Assembly (NCBI GenBank): GCA_963693365.1
Contig: CAVNZM010000003.1
Coordinates: 2,985,106 to 3,049,105 of the forward strand
Reading direction: 5' to 3'
Source of the DNA: Amoebidium appalachense
Taxonomy: Eukaryota; Protista; Ichthyosporea
Length of the DNA stretch: 64,000 nucleotides
The position numbers were made by a program, and so were the translations under genes. Below, piece by piece: positions 1 through 15,654 of the stretch. The notes beneath the pieces are model-generated. The model searched no databases. It was not told the origin of the DNA and was given only the letters and a program-made list of their open reading frames with translations. Position 1 is the first letter of the stretch, and each line of letters begins with the position of its first letter.

Positions 1-273
1 GCGTGCGATTCAGGAAGGGGCCCCCATATGGCTCTCGTATTATTATATTCGTGTGATATATATATTCTATGTACTATCTATTACCAATATACGTTACGTA
101 TTGGTACAATATCACCAATACTAATTAAATATCGTCACGCGTGATGGTGATGGCATCCATGTAGCTCTGCAGCAGTGTGTGTGTGTGGTGTGTGTGTGTG
201 TGGTGTGGAGAGGCGGCGGCCTGGGGTGGGGGGGGGGGGAGGGGGGAGGGGGGGGGGGGGGGGAGGGCCCGGT

Positions 274-317
<44 letters not shown>

Positions 318-674
318 TAGGCAAATACCAGACAGTGATGCATAATTGCACATTCTTTTGCAGCTACAGTTTGATGATATTTACCCACCGTGTGCACCAC
401 ACATGTGACCCCAGTCTTCCGAGGTGGTGTCACAGGTGGGCGCCAACACCAATAAATTGACTGGTGACGGGTGTACAACCAAAGAAACTCAGCAGCACAT
501 ATAATAACGTTGATGCTATACCCTGCCTAGTTAACGTAATAATAAGTGCACCATCGCACGCGTGACCCCCTCCCCCCCCCCCCCCCCCGGGGGGGGGGGG
601 GGGGGTGTTTTGCCGCGCGGTACCCCTGATATTGTAGGTGTACACTGCCCCCACAACCCCAACTGTGTGCTGAA

Positions 675-2375
675 TATCTCGTGCTAGGAAACCAATAACG
701 CGAAACTAACACATGCCGCATGATATATGATATATATGGTGCAAGGGGGGTTTCAATCCGGGCTACAATGATGTGTTTTTTTCGTGTGACCCTCGTACTC
801 CAGAGGCACATTCACCATCCCCACCATAAACTTTGTGGTAAATTTCTCGTGCTAGAAGCTGTTCTGTGGGTAGTTAATGAAAAAACCAATAATGTCTAGG
901 TAACACATGTACATATACTATGCTACAAGGGGGGTTCTATACGAGCTACAACGTTGTGGTTTTTTCGTGTGCCCCTCGTACTCCAGGGGCACATTCACCA
1001 TCCCCCCATAAACTTTGTGGTAAATTTCTCGTGCTAGAAGCTGTTCTGTGGGTAGTTATTGAAAAAACCAATAATGTGTAAGTAACACGTGTACATATAT
1101 TATGCTACAAGGGGGGTTCTATTCGAGCTACAACGTTGTGTTTTTTTCGTGTGACCCTCGTACTCCAGGGGCACATGCACCATCCCCCCAATAAACGTTT
1201 TGGTATATTTCTCGTGCTAGAGGCTGTTCTGTGGGTAGTTATTGAAAAACCCAAAAATGTCTAGGTAACACATGGACATATACTATGCTACAAGGGGGGT
1301 TCTATACGAGCTACAACGTTGTGTTTTTTCCGTGTGACCCTCGTACTCCAAGGGCACATTCAACATCCCCCCCATAAACTGTGTGGTAAATTTCTCGTGC
1401 TAGAAGCTGTTCTGTGGGTAGTTATCGAAAAAACCAATAATGTCTCGGTAACACATGTACATATACTATGCTACAAGGGGGGTTCTATACGAGCTACAAC
1501 GTTGTGTTTTTTTCGTGTGACCATCGTACTCCAGGGGCACATTCACCATCCCCCCCATAAACTTTGTGGTAAATGTCTCGTGCTAGAAGCTGTTCTGTGG
1601 GTAGTTATCGAAAAAACCAATAATGTCTAGGTAACACATGTACATATACTATGCTACAAGGGGGGTTCTAAACGAGCTACAACGTTGTGTTTTTTTCGTG
1701 TGACCCTCGTACTCCAGGGGCACATTCACCATCCCCCCCATAAACTTTGTGGTAAATGTCTCGTGCTAGAAGCTGTTCTGTGGGTAGTTATCGAAAAAAC
1801 CAATAATGTCTAGGTAACACATGTACATATACTATGCTACAAGGGGGGTTCTATACGAGCTACAACGTTGTGGTTTTTTCGTGTGCCCCTCGTACTCCAG
1901 GGGCACATTCACCAACCCCCCCATAAACGTTGTGGTAAATGTCTCGTGCGAGAGGCTGTTCTGTGGGTAGTTATTGAAAAAACCAATAATGTCTAGGTAA
2001 CACATGTACATATACTATGCTACAAGGGGGGTTCTAAACGAGCTACAACGTTGTGTTTTTTTCGTGTGACCCTCGTACTCCAGGGGCACATTCACCATCC
2101 CCCCCATAAACTTTGTGGTAAATGTCTCGTGCTAGAAGCTGTTCTGTGGGTAGTTATTAAAAAAACCAATAATGTGTAAGTAACACATGTACATATATTA
2201 TGCTACAAGGGGGGTTCTATACGAGCTACAACGTTGTGTTTTTTTCGTGTGACCCTCGTACTCCAAGGGCACATTCACCATCCCTCCTTATAATTTGTGG
2301 TGAATTTATCGTGCTAGAAGCTACTCTGTGGGTAGTTAGTGAAAAAACCCGATGCTTATAAGTAACGCATGCACA
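675..2375. repeat. Tandem satellite, ~182-bp unit, ~9 copies
   Basis: The unit 'ttttttcgtgtgaccctcgtactccaggggcacattcaccatccccccataaactttgtggtaaat...gagctacaacgttgtg' recurs near 775, 960, 1140, 1323, 1505, 1688, 1872, 2055 and 2237. The flanking copies are degenerate. Confidence 0.95.
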
Positions 2376-2589
2376 AATTGTCATCATAGCATTATACTGG
2401 CATAGTAGTTGGTCGACAATAACGATATCTTGGGAACGTGGACACCATATTGTAAACCAAAAAATAATAACACCATAATATACTACACATACCTAACAAT
2501 GTATTGTGAATGAATAAAATACTTGCTTACGTGCTGGTAACATACGAGAAACAAGGATTCTCTTGCTCTTTTTTTCTTTCTTTTTTGTT

Positions 2590-5400
<2,811 letters not shown>

Positions 5401-5799
5401 GGGGGTGAGGGGAGTGAGGGATGTTTCGAAGAAAGAAAAGTATTGCAAGTAACAAGGGGGCATAAAGACATAGGGACTAAAACAAAATGGAGGGGGAGGA
5501 GGGGGGGATGCTGTAAACTTTGATGCGTCTCGGGGATGTGTGTAGGGACTGCGAGTTCTCTTAGATTTGCATTTCAGAATTTTTACTCTATTCCTCCAGG
5601 TTTTTTTTAATATTTTTTTTAGGGTTGGGTTGGGGGGGCGGAGGGGGGGGGGGGGGGTTGTCATTACTTTCCTGTATTATCCTTCATGATACTTCAAGTT
5701 TTATACCCTACAGCTTACACAGGATGTAGGCTGGTGAAAGGTTTAATGGTAGGACGTTCGGTGACGTTTGTACCACGGACCACGGGAACATCTTCCCCA

Positions 5800-7089
5800 G
5801 GAACAGTATTCAAAACAAAGAACATTTATATTTTGAGGTGCTAAAAACGTGAGGACCATTTGTTATGGCCGTTGCCCTTCTCAATCTTGGTACGGAAATG
5901 CACCCATAATATACTGCAAATGTATTGTATATGACGTGTGTATATCGTACAGGTACTGGTAGTATATTGATAGTACCTCCTACGTAATGATTTGTTCGCA
6001 ATCGAACATACTGGCAGTATATACTGAGACTATAACCAATATATGGTGTCCTTAGCTGTGTCCGTATTGGTGACAGTATTATAGATGTATTCGTGACATT
6101 GCCAATACCACTTGTGCCTTAGATATTCGCAATAGGATAAAAGTTTTCTTGCTATATCATGTTTATGTCCTACTAATATGATGGATGTGATATGGGTAGG
6201 ATATGATCTACATAATGTCAGTATATGTCCACCCTAATACCACGGTATTAGCAATGTACTGCGATGCCATACAAGGACTACACTCCGAACATGTTTGTTG
6301 AACATGTGTTGGCAATACATTCACAATATTGCAACTACATAGGTAAAGTGACCTGATCTTTCATCCCCAATATTTTACCAATATATTGGCAATAAAACAC
6401 GCGCCCCATATTTTCGGTTGCTTTTAGGCTATTGATAATAGGTGCATAATAGTCTTGATATTGTGACGGATACATTGGCAATACATTTCGACCAAATTGA
6501 GATCCTATTATAATCATATCATAACCCTATAACCAATATTTGTATCGGCCATATGGGACATATGGGTTGGGTATATTGCCAATATCCCGAAATGGTCAGG
6601 AAGAATACATTCATAATATATTGGCAATAGTCTTGCCACGTTGGACAATACCCTAATTTGACACAAAATTGTCCTACATTTTATATATTCATAACGTATT
6701 GACAATACTCCGCAAGCAATAGTATAATACCGAATAAGTACATTGACAATATCGACATTGTATTGTTAATAGGCACACGTACACGCATTTTGGGATATTG
6801 CCAGTACATTACTCATACGGTATATACTTATTGGTAGTAGACCTGACATGGTATCACAATAATATAAAAATATTATGCCGATATTACGTCAATATTACAG
6901 TTCTATTACACTTCTATAGCGTCTCTACCACAGAAAATCTCTACTCGCAATACATTGGCAATGGATAATTGATATTACTTCAGTATTAATCTGGTGTTTT
7001 TACGATATATATATATATATATATATATATTGGCAATAGATACTAATAGCCTCACAATATTGGCAATACCACGGGGAAGTTTGCTGATG
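5800..7089. mobile_element. Right end of a second Plavaka/CMC-like element: subterminal ATTGGCAATA motif array ending in the terminal repeat AAGTTTGCTGATG|TA
   Basis: (A)TTGGCAATA or (A)TTGCCAATA occurs at ~6100, 6309, 6384, 6474, 6575, 6620, 6954, 7029 and 7058. The reverse complement of 7077-7091 (TACATCAGCAAACTTC) matches the terminus at 15637 (TACATCAGCAATCTTG). No left end was found in the window. Confidence 0.6.
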
Positions 7090-7671
7090 TAAAGCCGGAC
7101 AGGTTAGGGATAGCTTGGAGTCATCTCTAACTAATAACGGTTATAAAGGGTATAGTTCAGGATGGGTTACGGGTTTAGGATGTCCCAGAGTGGTTTGAGA
7201 CGGGAAAAAGATGCCGGGAGATGTCTGCTGATGAAGCAAAAGCGGACACACGGGAGTTGTTTCGTAATTTGAGCGATTGGAGCAAATTTACATGTTACGT
7301 ACAGTGTCCGTCCGCGCCTAAGATCGTCCACTGCTCAGATTCCGTATACGCCGATTTTGCCAAAACCTTTAGATTCCTTCGACGAGCCCATTTTCGGGAT
7401 AATCTTAGAGAAAATAGACCCTTCCCCTCCCCTCCTCCTTCCTTCCCCCTCCCCCCCTCCCCCCCCCCTCCCCCCACCCCCGCCCCCCGGGGCCCGTCCC
7501 TCCCCCCTCCTCCCCCCTCTAAAGGCCCTCCCCAGCCCAGTCAGTCACCGAGTTTGGAGTAGACAGGGCTCTCCCGGCCCTGGCCGCTCAACAGTATCAC
7601 TTTCTCTTTCACTCTCTCGCCACTCTCTCTAAGATAGATCTCCCCCTCTCTCTATAGCTAGCTCTCTCTCC

Positions 7672-7727
<56 letters not shown>

Positions 7728-7791
7728 TTAATACTCTTAAATAAACACTGCGCTTACGAATCCTACCTTCCCACCCGGTCTCCCCCATGGC

Positions 7792-9042
7792 CGCAAAGAA
7801 GGCGTCCTCCTTCTTTCTATATTTGGTAATACAAGTCTATACAGAGAGAAATATACCGTTATGGCCCTGTACAAGTAATGGCCACGTGCTAATACACTCT
7901 CTCCCTTTGTGATCGATATCTCTTCTGAGCGCGAGCTCAGAGCCCTGTTCGATCGATTATCGAGCCAAGATGACATCACAATGACGTACATTCCATTGTT
8001 CGCAAAACCCAGTCATCTTAGAATTCGAATTTCCCAATAAGTCTAATTAGATCGTGCCGGAGATGATTTTGAATATTTTCGAATGTAAATATATTTATAT
8101 ATAAGTCGTCCTTATCCTGGTGATATGAGATGCCATGACCTGAGAGATAATTTAGAATATTGTATTATTCTTATCAGTGCCAAGCTTCGTCATCTTCTTC
8201 TTAGAATATTCCTGATTCTTCTTAGTGTAACTTTTAGTGTAACCTTCTTGCACGTTGGTGCGTACTCAATTTCTATTGGCTATCGTAATCTATGCCCCGA
8301 GTATATAAATCGCCACATGCATTCAGTCATTCAGTCCAGTCAACTTGATCAGTCAGTCCGAGTCACAGCCAGCCAAGTTCCTCTACCCCCATGGCCAAGT
8401 ACAGCAGCTTCAAGACGTCACTGCAAGGCTTCAAGGAGAAGTGTCTTCAACATGCAACAGCGAGACTCTGGCTATGACTATAACACTGTGACTGTACACT
8501 TCTACATGTTAGACTACAGTACTCTATTCTTTTCTTTCGTTCTCACAAGTTATAATTCGAATTTACATGCATAGATAAATTGAATATAACTAGATATACT
8601 CTCACTTCTGGTCATGAAATACAGCTAAGGAAAAATGGGTATAAGAGTTCACACTCTTATCCAGCCACGTTGATAGAGTGTATTGCGCACACTCACGCGG
8701 CTAGCCTTTCCTAGATAGCTGAATAAACGTTCCAAGTAAGGCTAATAACTAACTAATAATTGCTCGCTCTTGCTTCTGCTTCTTTGCATATCTGCATGTT
8801 TACTAGGTGCCACACATAACACAAACACGTACATTTTAACCTCTTGACGCGCATGAGAACCTACACAGCACACACAAATATGTGGTTGTACTATGCCCAG
8901 CACTCTTATCACACGCTTCCACAAACACGCTTCCACACACCTCCCATAAACAGTAGCACAAAACATAACCACGTGCCAGTGTAGCCATGTGCGTGAGCAG
9001 TGGGCTCTAGCCATAAGACAGACAAAGGGCCCCGCCATTAGG
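7792..9042 (+). repeat. 5' LTR of the non-autonomous element
   Basis: Near-identical to 10968-12218 (offset 3176; the ORFs at 8125 and 11301 are identical). Confidence 0.9.
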
Positions 9043-9062
9043 TGGTAGCAGAGAATGGTTTC
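9043..9062 (+). promoter_or_regulatory. Primer-binding site complementary to the 3' end of initiator tRNA-Met
   Basis: TGGTAGCAGAGAATGGTTTC versus the canonical TGGTAGCAGAGGATGGTTTC: one mismatch. Confidence 0.85.
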
Positions 9063-10967
9063 TATGTTGAGGTTCCGTCCACAGCACTTTCCTGTGACAC
9101 GTGTTCACCCGTGTGCGCGCGATCGATACTATACGGCCAGACTGATTGCGACAGTCGAAAATGAGATCGATCGATAGTAGCATGCAGTGAAGCTTTACAA
9201 ACCACAGTTCGAAAACAAAAACAGAACATAACGAAACGTTGAGTGACTTTCGCACACATGAATGTTCTAAAAATTATGTTATCTGTTTACTCGAAAAGTT
9301 TCGAAAAAATACTTCTACGCGTCGAACACGTGAGAGCGTCACACACTCTGTACGCGAGTCCGCGCGCGATCGTCGATTGGCTGTATGGTTACCCAATCGC
9401 AAACTTCGCAAATATTCCAACAATCTATTTTGATTCCTAATATAGATATGCTAGCGATTGAATCGGATTGGTTCCCTGAACAGCATTCCATACATTCCTT
9501 ACGAGATTCAATTGTTCAGTCGGCCCCTTATTGCCGTATTCAATCTACGGTACGTCTCCGAATACACTAACTATAATACTACAATCGGTCAGGTAAGGTT
9601 GTTATTGAAATCACACAATAGCAGAATATTATTATTTATACTCATATACACTTTTATGCCCGCTTGAATATTCCTGCACTTGCATTGATAGGTTGTATCA
9701 CATGAATATGCCAGCCAGCCAGAAGTTGTAATTGCATGCACAACAGAAAGTTGGTAGACCCGCAGGTTGCTGCAAAACCTGGTACCTGGAGTGTCCCAGC
9801 ATAAGGTAACATATTTCTCAGTTTTGCTTGCTGCTTTCTATTTTGCCCTATTATTGTTTTGCATCCCATGTTGCATTATGCCGGTGATTCTCTTGGGCGT
9901 TGGGTGTCATATGAGTGAATGATACCATCAATGGTTAAGTCCCCGTTGACCGCCCTCCAAGTGCTTTTCTGGGGTCATTTATATAAAGCCCTTTTGCATG
10001 TCCACCAATGTGTGTGTTCGGCCATGTAATTGATGCTCATAATTGGAAATTTATTTAAGTAAGTGTCTAGGTTCTCTACGAGAAAACGAGGCTCCCGGGG
10101 TCGGAGATGAAATACTTACACATACAAGTTTTGCTATCAAACATCACTATATCCAACATACATGCAAGCTACACATAAATTACATGGATAATATCATCAT
10201 TGATAAGTTTGATGAGATAGCTTTCACCTCCAGATATTCAAGTTCTTATATCGACCTGCTGGCATGGTGATGCCCACAAGTGGTGCGTAGCGTCAACATC
10301 CAGCGCGAGCACATCAAGGTTACGAGGGAAGGACCTTGTATGGAATTCCCTCACACCTACAACCGCCGCATTTGCTAGCGAACGGCCATACTCATCCAAA
10401 CCAGTTGTGCCCTGCTGTACACGCGGGAACAAGCGCACTGTACCTCAGATTTCAATGATATTCAGTGACTTTCATTTCTATGTATCTGCATGGCAAGATC
10501 GATGTCATGTCTGTTAACAAACACAATTAAGCTTGTACTTCCAATCCTCAAGCCTATACCACATATATTTCGTGCTCATGTGATGATATTCACAACACTT
10601 ACTGCCGACAAAAATATAAGTGTGTCCCTTCTGGCATATATCTACCTCATGGAAAGCCACAGAGACAATTCGCGTATATAACGCATATATGGGTCGACTC
10701 CGTTCAACCTGGAGCAACAAGTCCAATACAAAAAACGACACTTATACACCTTCTAGTCGTTCAACAATTTAAATGTATGTATGAACTACTCAAATCCATA
10801 CAAAATTACTTAGCACCCGCACATATCTATTATATCCAAAGCTTTACACATATGCATTGTGCATGATCATACGAAACTCAACACAATAACCCAAAAGTCG
10901 GACACCTTCATTCATCCTTCCCTGAAACAAATAGGTGTGCCGAGGACGTCACACGTCAGACGGGGGT

Positions 10968-12218
10968 CGCAAAGAAGGCGTCCTCCTTCTTTCTATATTT
11001 GGTAATACAAGTCTATACAGAGAGAAATATACCGTTATGGCCCTCTACAAGTAATGGCCACGTGCTAATACACTCTCTCCCTTTGTGATCGATATCTCTT
11101 CTGAGCGCGAGCTCAGAGCCCTGTTCGATCGATTATCGAGCCAAGATGACATCACAATGACGTACATTCCATTGTTCGCAAAACCCAGTCATCTTAGAAT
11201 TCGAATTTCCCAATAAGTCTAATTAGATCGTGCCGGAGATGATTTTGAATATTTTCGAATGTAAATATATTTATATATAAGTCGTCCTTATCCTGGTGAT
11301 ATGAGATGCCATGACCTGAGAGATAATTTAGAATATTGTATTATTCTTATCAGTGCCAAGCTTCGTCATCTTCTTCTTAGAATATTCCTGATTCTTCTTA
11401 GTGTAACTTTTAGTGTAACCTTCTTGCACGTTGGTGCGTACTCAATTTCTATTGGCTATCGTAATCTATGCCCCGAGTATATAAATCGCCACATGCATTC
11501 AGTCATTCAGTCCAGTCAACTTGATCAGTCAGTCCGAGTCACAGCCAGCCAAGTTCCTCTACCCCCATGGCCAAGTACAGCAGCTTCAAGACGTCACTGC
11601 AAGGCTTCAAGGAGAAGTGTCTTCAACATGCAACAGCGAGACTCTGGCTATGACTATAACACTGTGACTGTACACTTCTACATGTTAGACTACAGTACTC
11701 TATTCTTTTCTTTCGTTCTCACAAGTTATAATTCGAATTTACATGCATAGATAAATTGAATATAACTAGATATACTCTCACTTCTGGTCATGAAATACAG
11801 CTAAGGAAAAATGGGTATAAGAGTTCACACTCTTATCCAGCCACGTTGATAGAGTGTATTGCGCACACTCACGCGGCTAGCCTTTCCTAGATAGCTGAAT
11901 AAACGTTCCAAGTAAGGCTAATAACTAACTAATAATTGCTCGCTCTTGCTTCTGCTTCTTTGCATATCTGCATGTTTACTAGGTGCCACACATAACACAA
12001 ACACGTACATTTTAACCTCTTGACGCGCATGAGAACATACACAGCACACACAAATATGTGGTTGTACTATGCCCAGCACTCTTATCACACGCTTCCACAA
12101 ACACGCTTCCACACACCTCCCATAAACAGTAGCACAAAACATAACCACGTGCCAGTGTAGCCATGTGCGTGAGCAGTGGGCTCTAGCCATAAGACAGACA
12201 AAGGGCCCCGCCTTTAGG
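10968..12218 (+). repeat. 3' LTR of the non-autonomous element
   Basis: Direct repeat of 7792-9042. Confidence 0.9.
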
Positions 12219-12598
12219 TGGCCCCACAGCCTGAGTGACTGCGCATGCAATGTATTCCCTTCCCCCCCACCCCCACAATGGTAACCACTATAGTGACTAG
12301 TAGCCCACTAGGTTGCCTCCCCCTGCCCCCCCCCCCCCCCCCCTCCCCCCCCAAACATCTTTTTTTATTCTCTTTTAATATATCACGTTTCACTCCCGGC
12401 GAGGCACTGCCTCAGGGGAGCTTACCGTCTTCCGCATAGACACAGATAGCACTGTATAGTATCGCCCAATCAGTGATTTCTCACTTAAACTTGTATCCAA
12501 TTAAATGCATCGATCTAATCCCCTCAGATCCTTAACCTAAACTTTTGAATGTGATCACCGGACCTCAATTTTCACGGCACGCCTCCTATTCTCTACAT

Positions 12599-12829
12599 GT
12601 AATTCCGGTCACATTCCATTGCGTGCCAGTGCCTTAGATGTGACGCGAAATGCAAATTTAGGGCCTCAAGACATGAACCCACAAGATTTGATATTCACCA
12701 ATGAAAATAGGCGGTTTTTCGTTCGGACAAGCACGCTTTTAGCTGAAAATTCGTGGGGATACCTCGGATTTTTTTGGATTGCGTCCCGGGATCACAGAGC
12801 CGCAAAATGTGCTCTGTGACCGGAATTAC
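12599..12829. mobile_element. Putative small MITE with 15-bp TIRs
   Basis: GTAATTCCGGTCACA (12599-12613) and TGTGACCGGAATTAC (12815-12829) are perfect inverted repeats. No clear TSD. Confidence 0.45.
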
Positions 12830-13111
12830 CTAGATATGCGTTTTCTTTCTAATCTCATCAGGGTAAAAAGCAAATTGAAAACTTATTTTCACCTCAGATA
12901 TCAAAAAAATTAAACGCTTGAACTCCCTGATCAGTACTCATAAGCGGGGGACAAGCCTTTTGAACCCCCCCAAAAGTTATCGGAAATATGAAAAATAGCT
13001 TATTCATTTTAAATATCGGGGGGAACCCCCCTTCTTCAATAGCTCTGTGCTACAGAGCCGCTAGGTGATCACTTTCAAGTTCTGCGCCACAGACTCTCTG
13101 CTCTGTGACAA

Positions 13112-13839
13112 TGACATATACTAATCCGTCTCAGCAGATCATCCTAAGTCTACGATCAAGATCAGGGGGGGGGGGGGGGAGGGAGGGGGGGGGAAGGCCC
13201 GGGTCCACAGATCATCAAGATCAAGTCCGGGGCCTCAAGATAGCTGTACAGCTGCGGGCATCTTGCCTCTGCCGGCGCAGGGCAGGACCACGTCAGCTGG
13301 AGCAGCCGACCAATAGGATTAGAAATAGTATGTAGGATACTATATCGTAGGAGGACTTTGGAATGTATAAGTTCGGGCAGAAGCCCTTATAAATTTTGGC
13401 AAGTTCAGATAGTGCTGTCTGCCAAATGTATGTATATATTGTAGTACAGGAAAGAGTAGAGGGGGGGAGGGGGGGAGATAGTATGAAATATAGATTTAGA
13501 CTCTGCGGTGCCACTAGGGGAAGGGTGAGGGGAGAGACTAAGATATTTATAATAGTGTGAGCCGATAGACTTAACTCGTGCAGGCGCACGATAGAGTTCC
13601 TTAGATCGGAATGTATGGAATGTGGCATCGTAGGGGGGGCCAGGTGATGATGATCTTTGAGGGCACGGCCTTGATGGCCGCAGTTGTGACTTAGCTGGAT
13701 TCCGTTCGGATCTCAGTTTGCCCGTCGGAGCCTGGTCTGTAATAAACTTTACCGTTTTTCGTACATGTTCGTTCCTTTCCGTGTGTGTACTCTTAGAAGA
13801 GTGCCGCGTCTCTTATTACATACACGTTAGGATACGACA
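13112..13839 (+). mobile_element. Solo LTR related to the chromovirus Gypsy at 34332-42697
   Basis: TG...CA ends (TGACATATACTAATCCGTCTCAGC...TTAGGATACGACA) and a 5-bp TSD GACAA (13107-13111 / 13840-13844). It is a diverged reverse-complement homologue of the LTRs at 34332 and 41981. Confidence 0.92.
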
Positions 13840-14583
13840 GACAATATAAATGTATTTTGTGATATCATTATACTATTTACTAAGTATTATACAGTGTTTT
13901 CTTGCCTCTGTGCGATGTTTTAGATAGCATGCCTCACTGTGCATTTTTTGCCGTCCTCTATTGGGAGTGACCAATCGTGGCGCTGTACGCGGATCATCCC
14001 TGTACGAGCATGTCCGAAGAATGTGTACTAGTAGCAGGTTCAAAGTAAATCATGGCATCATAACACTGCTCAGGCTGAATCATTATGATCCTTAACCCCT
14101 AAACGATCGCCAATGCACTTTAAAATTTGCATTAGTTTCAAAAATTAATGCATCTGCGGCCTTTGAAAATAAATAGCGCCTGTTGCGTAATGGTCATGTC
14201 GCAAGGAATTTTGCTTCATTTAGGATACATTTTCTACTTCAGCGGAAAGACCGTCCTAAAACACCGGGGTGGACTATGTTTTTCTGTTTTTGTGGGTATT
14301 CTGCCTAACAGTGTCTATATTTTCATCAAGCAGCCCCCCAATTCTTGAAGGCTGGCGGCAAGATGATGCCTGGGGTTCACGGATTCCAATCCCGGAATCG
14401 ACAGGCTGATGCTCCAATCCGATTTGCTGAGATCTTTACGGTGATTCATATTACATAACTTTCTTGAAAGGAACCCTGCCGCGGTCGACACAAATTATGT
14501 GCTCATAACATGTGACTTCTTGCGGATCATCGATGATAGAAACACACCGTTTTTTTTTGTTTTTTTTGTGGAACACAAATTAA

Positions 14584-14985
14584 GGGCGCCCAATCTGTGC
14601 GCGCAGCGGTCATATGGGTATTTAAGGGTGGGCTAATTATAGCCTTAGCATAAGGTTATAATTAACCTACCTTAAATTATAGATATAAAAAAAGCTCTCT
14701 TGTATTGCTTTGTAATAGTGAGAAATCGAGTTCTGCAAATTTTTATGGGGGGTTGATTAGTGGAAAATATGAAAAGTTGTTCACAGCGAGGCCTAGGAGG
14801 AGGCAACATGGATCCCAATTTGGCTCGTCTGCGCCGGACTGGATTTGATCAAATTCGTGAGCAACATCAAAAGTCGATCTATTGAAATCTATTCGCGCGT
14901 CTGATTGGCTCCGTATCAGCGCCAATTGTTATTAGAAAATTCGCAGTCCATATATATGACCGCCGGGCACAAAGATTGGGCGCCC
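14584..14985. mobile_element. MITE with TTAA TSD and GG termini (Kolobok-like), 402 bp
   Basis: TTAA|GGGCGCCCAATCTGTGCGCGCAGCGGTCATAT ... ATATGACCGCCGGGCACAAAGATTGGGCGCCC|TTAA: ~32-bp imperfect TIRs. Confidence 0.85.
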
Positions 14986-15269
14986 TTAAGACCGTATGAT
15001 ACATACATGTGCTTGTTGCATTTTTGTCTCCTTGGACTGCTTTTAAAAAAAAATTCTACTTTTCAAATCTGGGCGATTTTGTCTTCCGGGTGATCGGCTC
15101 AGGATTAACATCATGATCAGCAAACTTGAAACCATTGCTGAGGTACCTGCTGACCCGGCATGATACCCTCAGTACTCAGTAGGAGTCATTACACTAAATA
15201 ATTTCAGGGTTTCTCGGAGAAATGATGTAGGATATGACGTTCAACAGGTACATTCACTACTAATATGTA

Positions 15270-15636
15270 CCCTCTACGAGAAGACACTTTTGGTTTTTTG
15301 TGATTTTCGACCCTTTGCACCAATCAGAAACCCACCAAACCTTTATTTATTAGAAACTTTGTTAATTTTTTCCTCTATCGAACGATACCATTTGTTTGTT
15401 AGCGACGCACGAACAAAAAAAGTTTTATTAGGATACGTGTGGTTTCCACGTGTTTCCGATCGAAGACCTTTTTCAACAGACGACGATTTATTTAAAAATT
15501 TGAAATCAACCAATCGTCAAATCGATTTGGTCTCAGATCAAACTATAAATATAAAAGGATTGCTAACCATTGGATAATAAAATTAGTTCAATTGATGCCG
15601 ATCGGACTTTAACTTCGGGTGTCTTCTCGTGGAAGG
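15270..15636. mobile_element. MITE with TA TSD (Tc1/mariner-like), 367 bp, abutting the Plavaka left end
   Basis: TA|CCCTCTACGAGAAGACAC ... GTGTCTTCTCGTGGAAGG|TA: 18-bp imperfect TIRs. Confidence 0.75.
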
Positions 15637-15654
15637 TACATCAGCAATCTTGCG

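Larger units (their letters stand above)
7792..12218 (+). mobile_element. Non-autonomous LTR retroelement (LARD/TRIM-like) with 1251-bp LTRs
   Basis: Direct repeats 7792-9042 and 10968-12218 show about 3 mismatches. A tRNA-iMet PBS (TGGTAGCAGAGAATGGTTTC) starts at 9043. A purine run (AGACGGGGG) precedes the 3' LTR. TGGC(C) flanks both sides. The 1.9-kb interior has no recognisable gag/pol. Confidence 0.85.

Noticed and set aside
1319-1630. 103-aa ORF in the satellite
   Set aside because: The unit length is not a stable multiple of 3 and other units contain stops.
5793-7078. Stand-alone CCC-ended CACTA MITE (cttcccc...ggggaag)
   Set aside because: Only ~7 bp of inverted match. The longer match of 7077-7091 to the Plavaka terminus explains the right end better.
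8125-8574. Duplicated 149-aa ORF (also 11301-11750)
   Set aside because: It lies inside the LTRs, has no recognisable motif, and its duplication is explained by LTR identity.
10200-10450. RNase H remnant (FKFLYRPAG) inside the non-autonomous LTR element
   Set aside because: The resemblance is too short and flanking pol motifs are absent.
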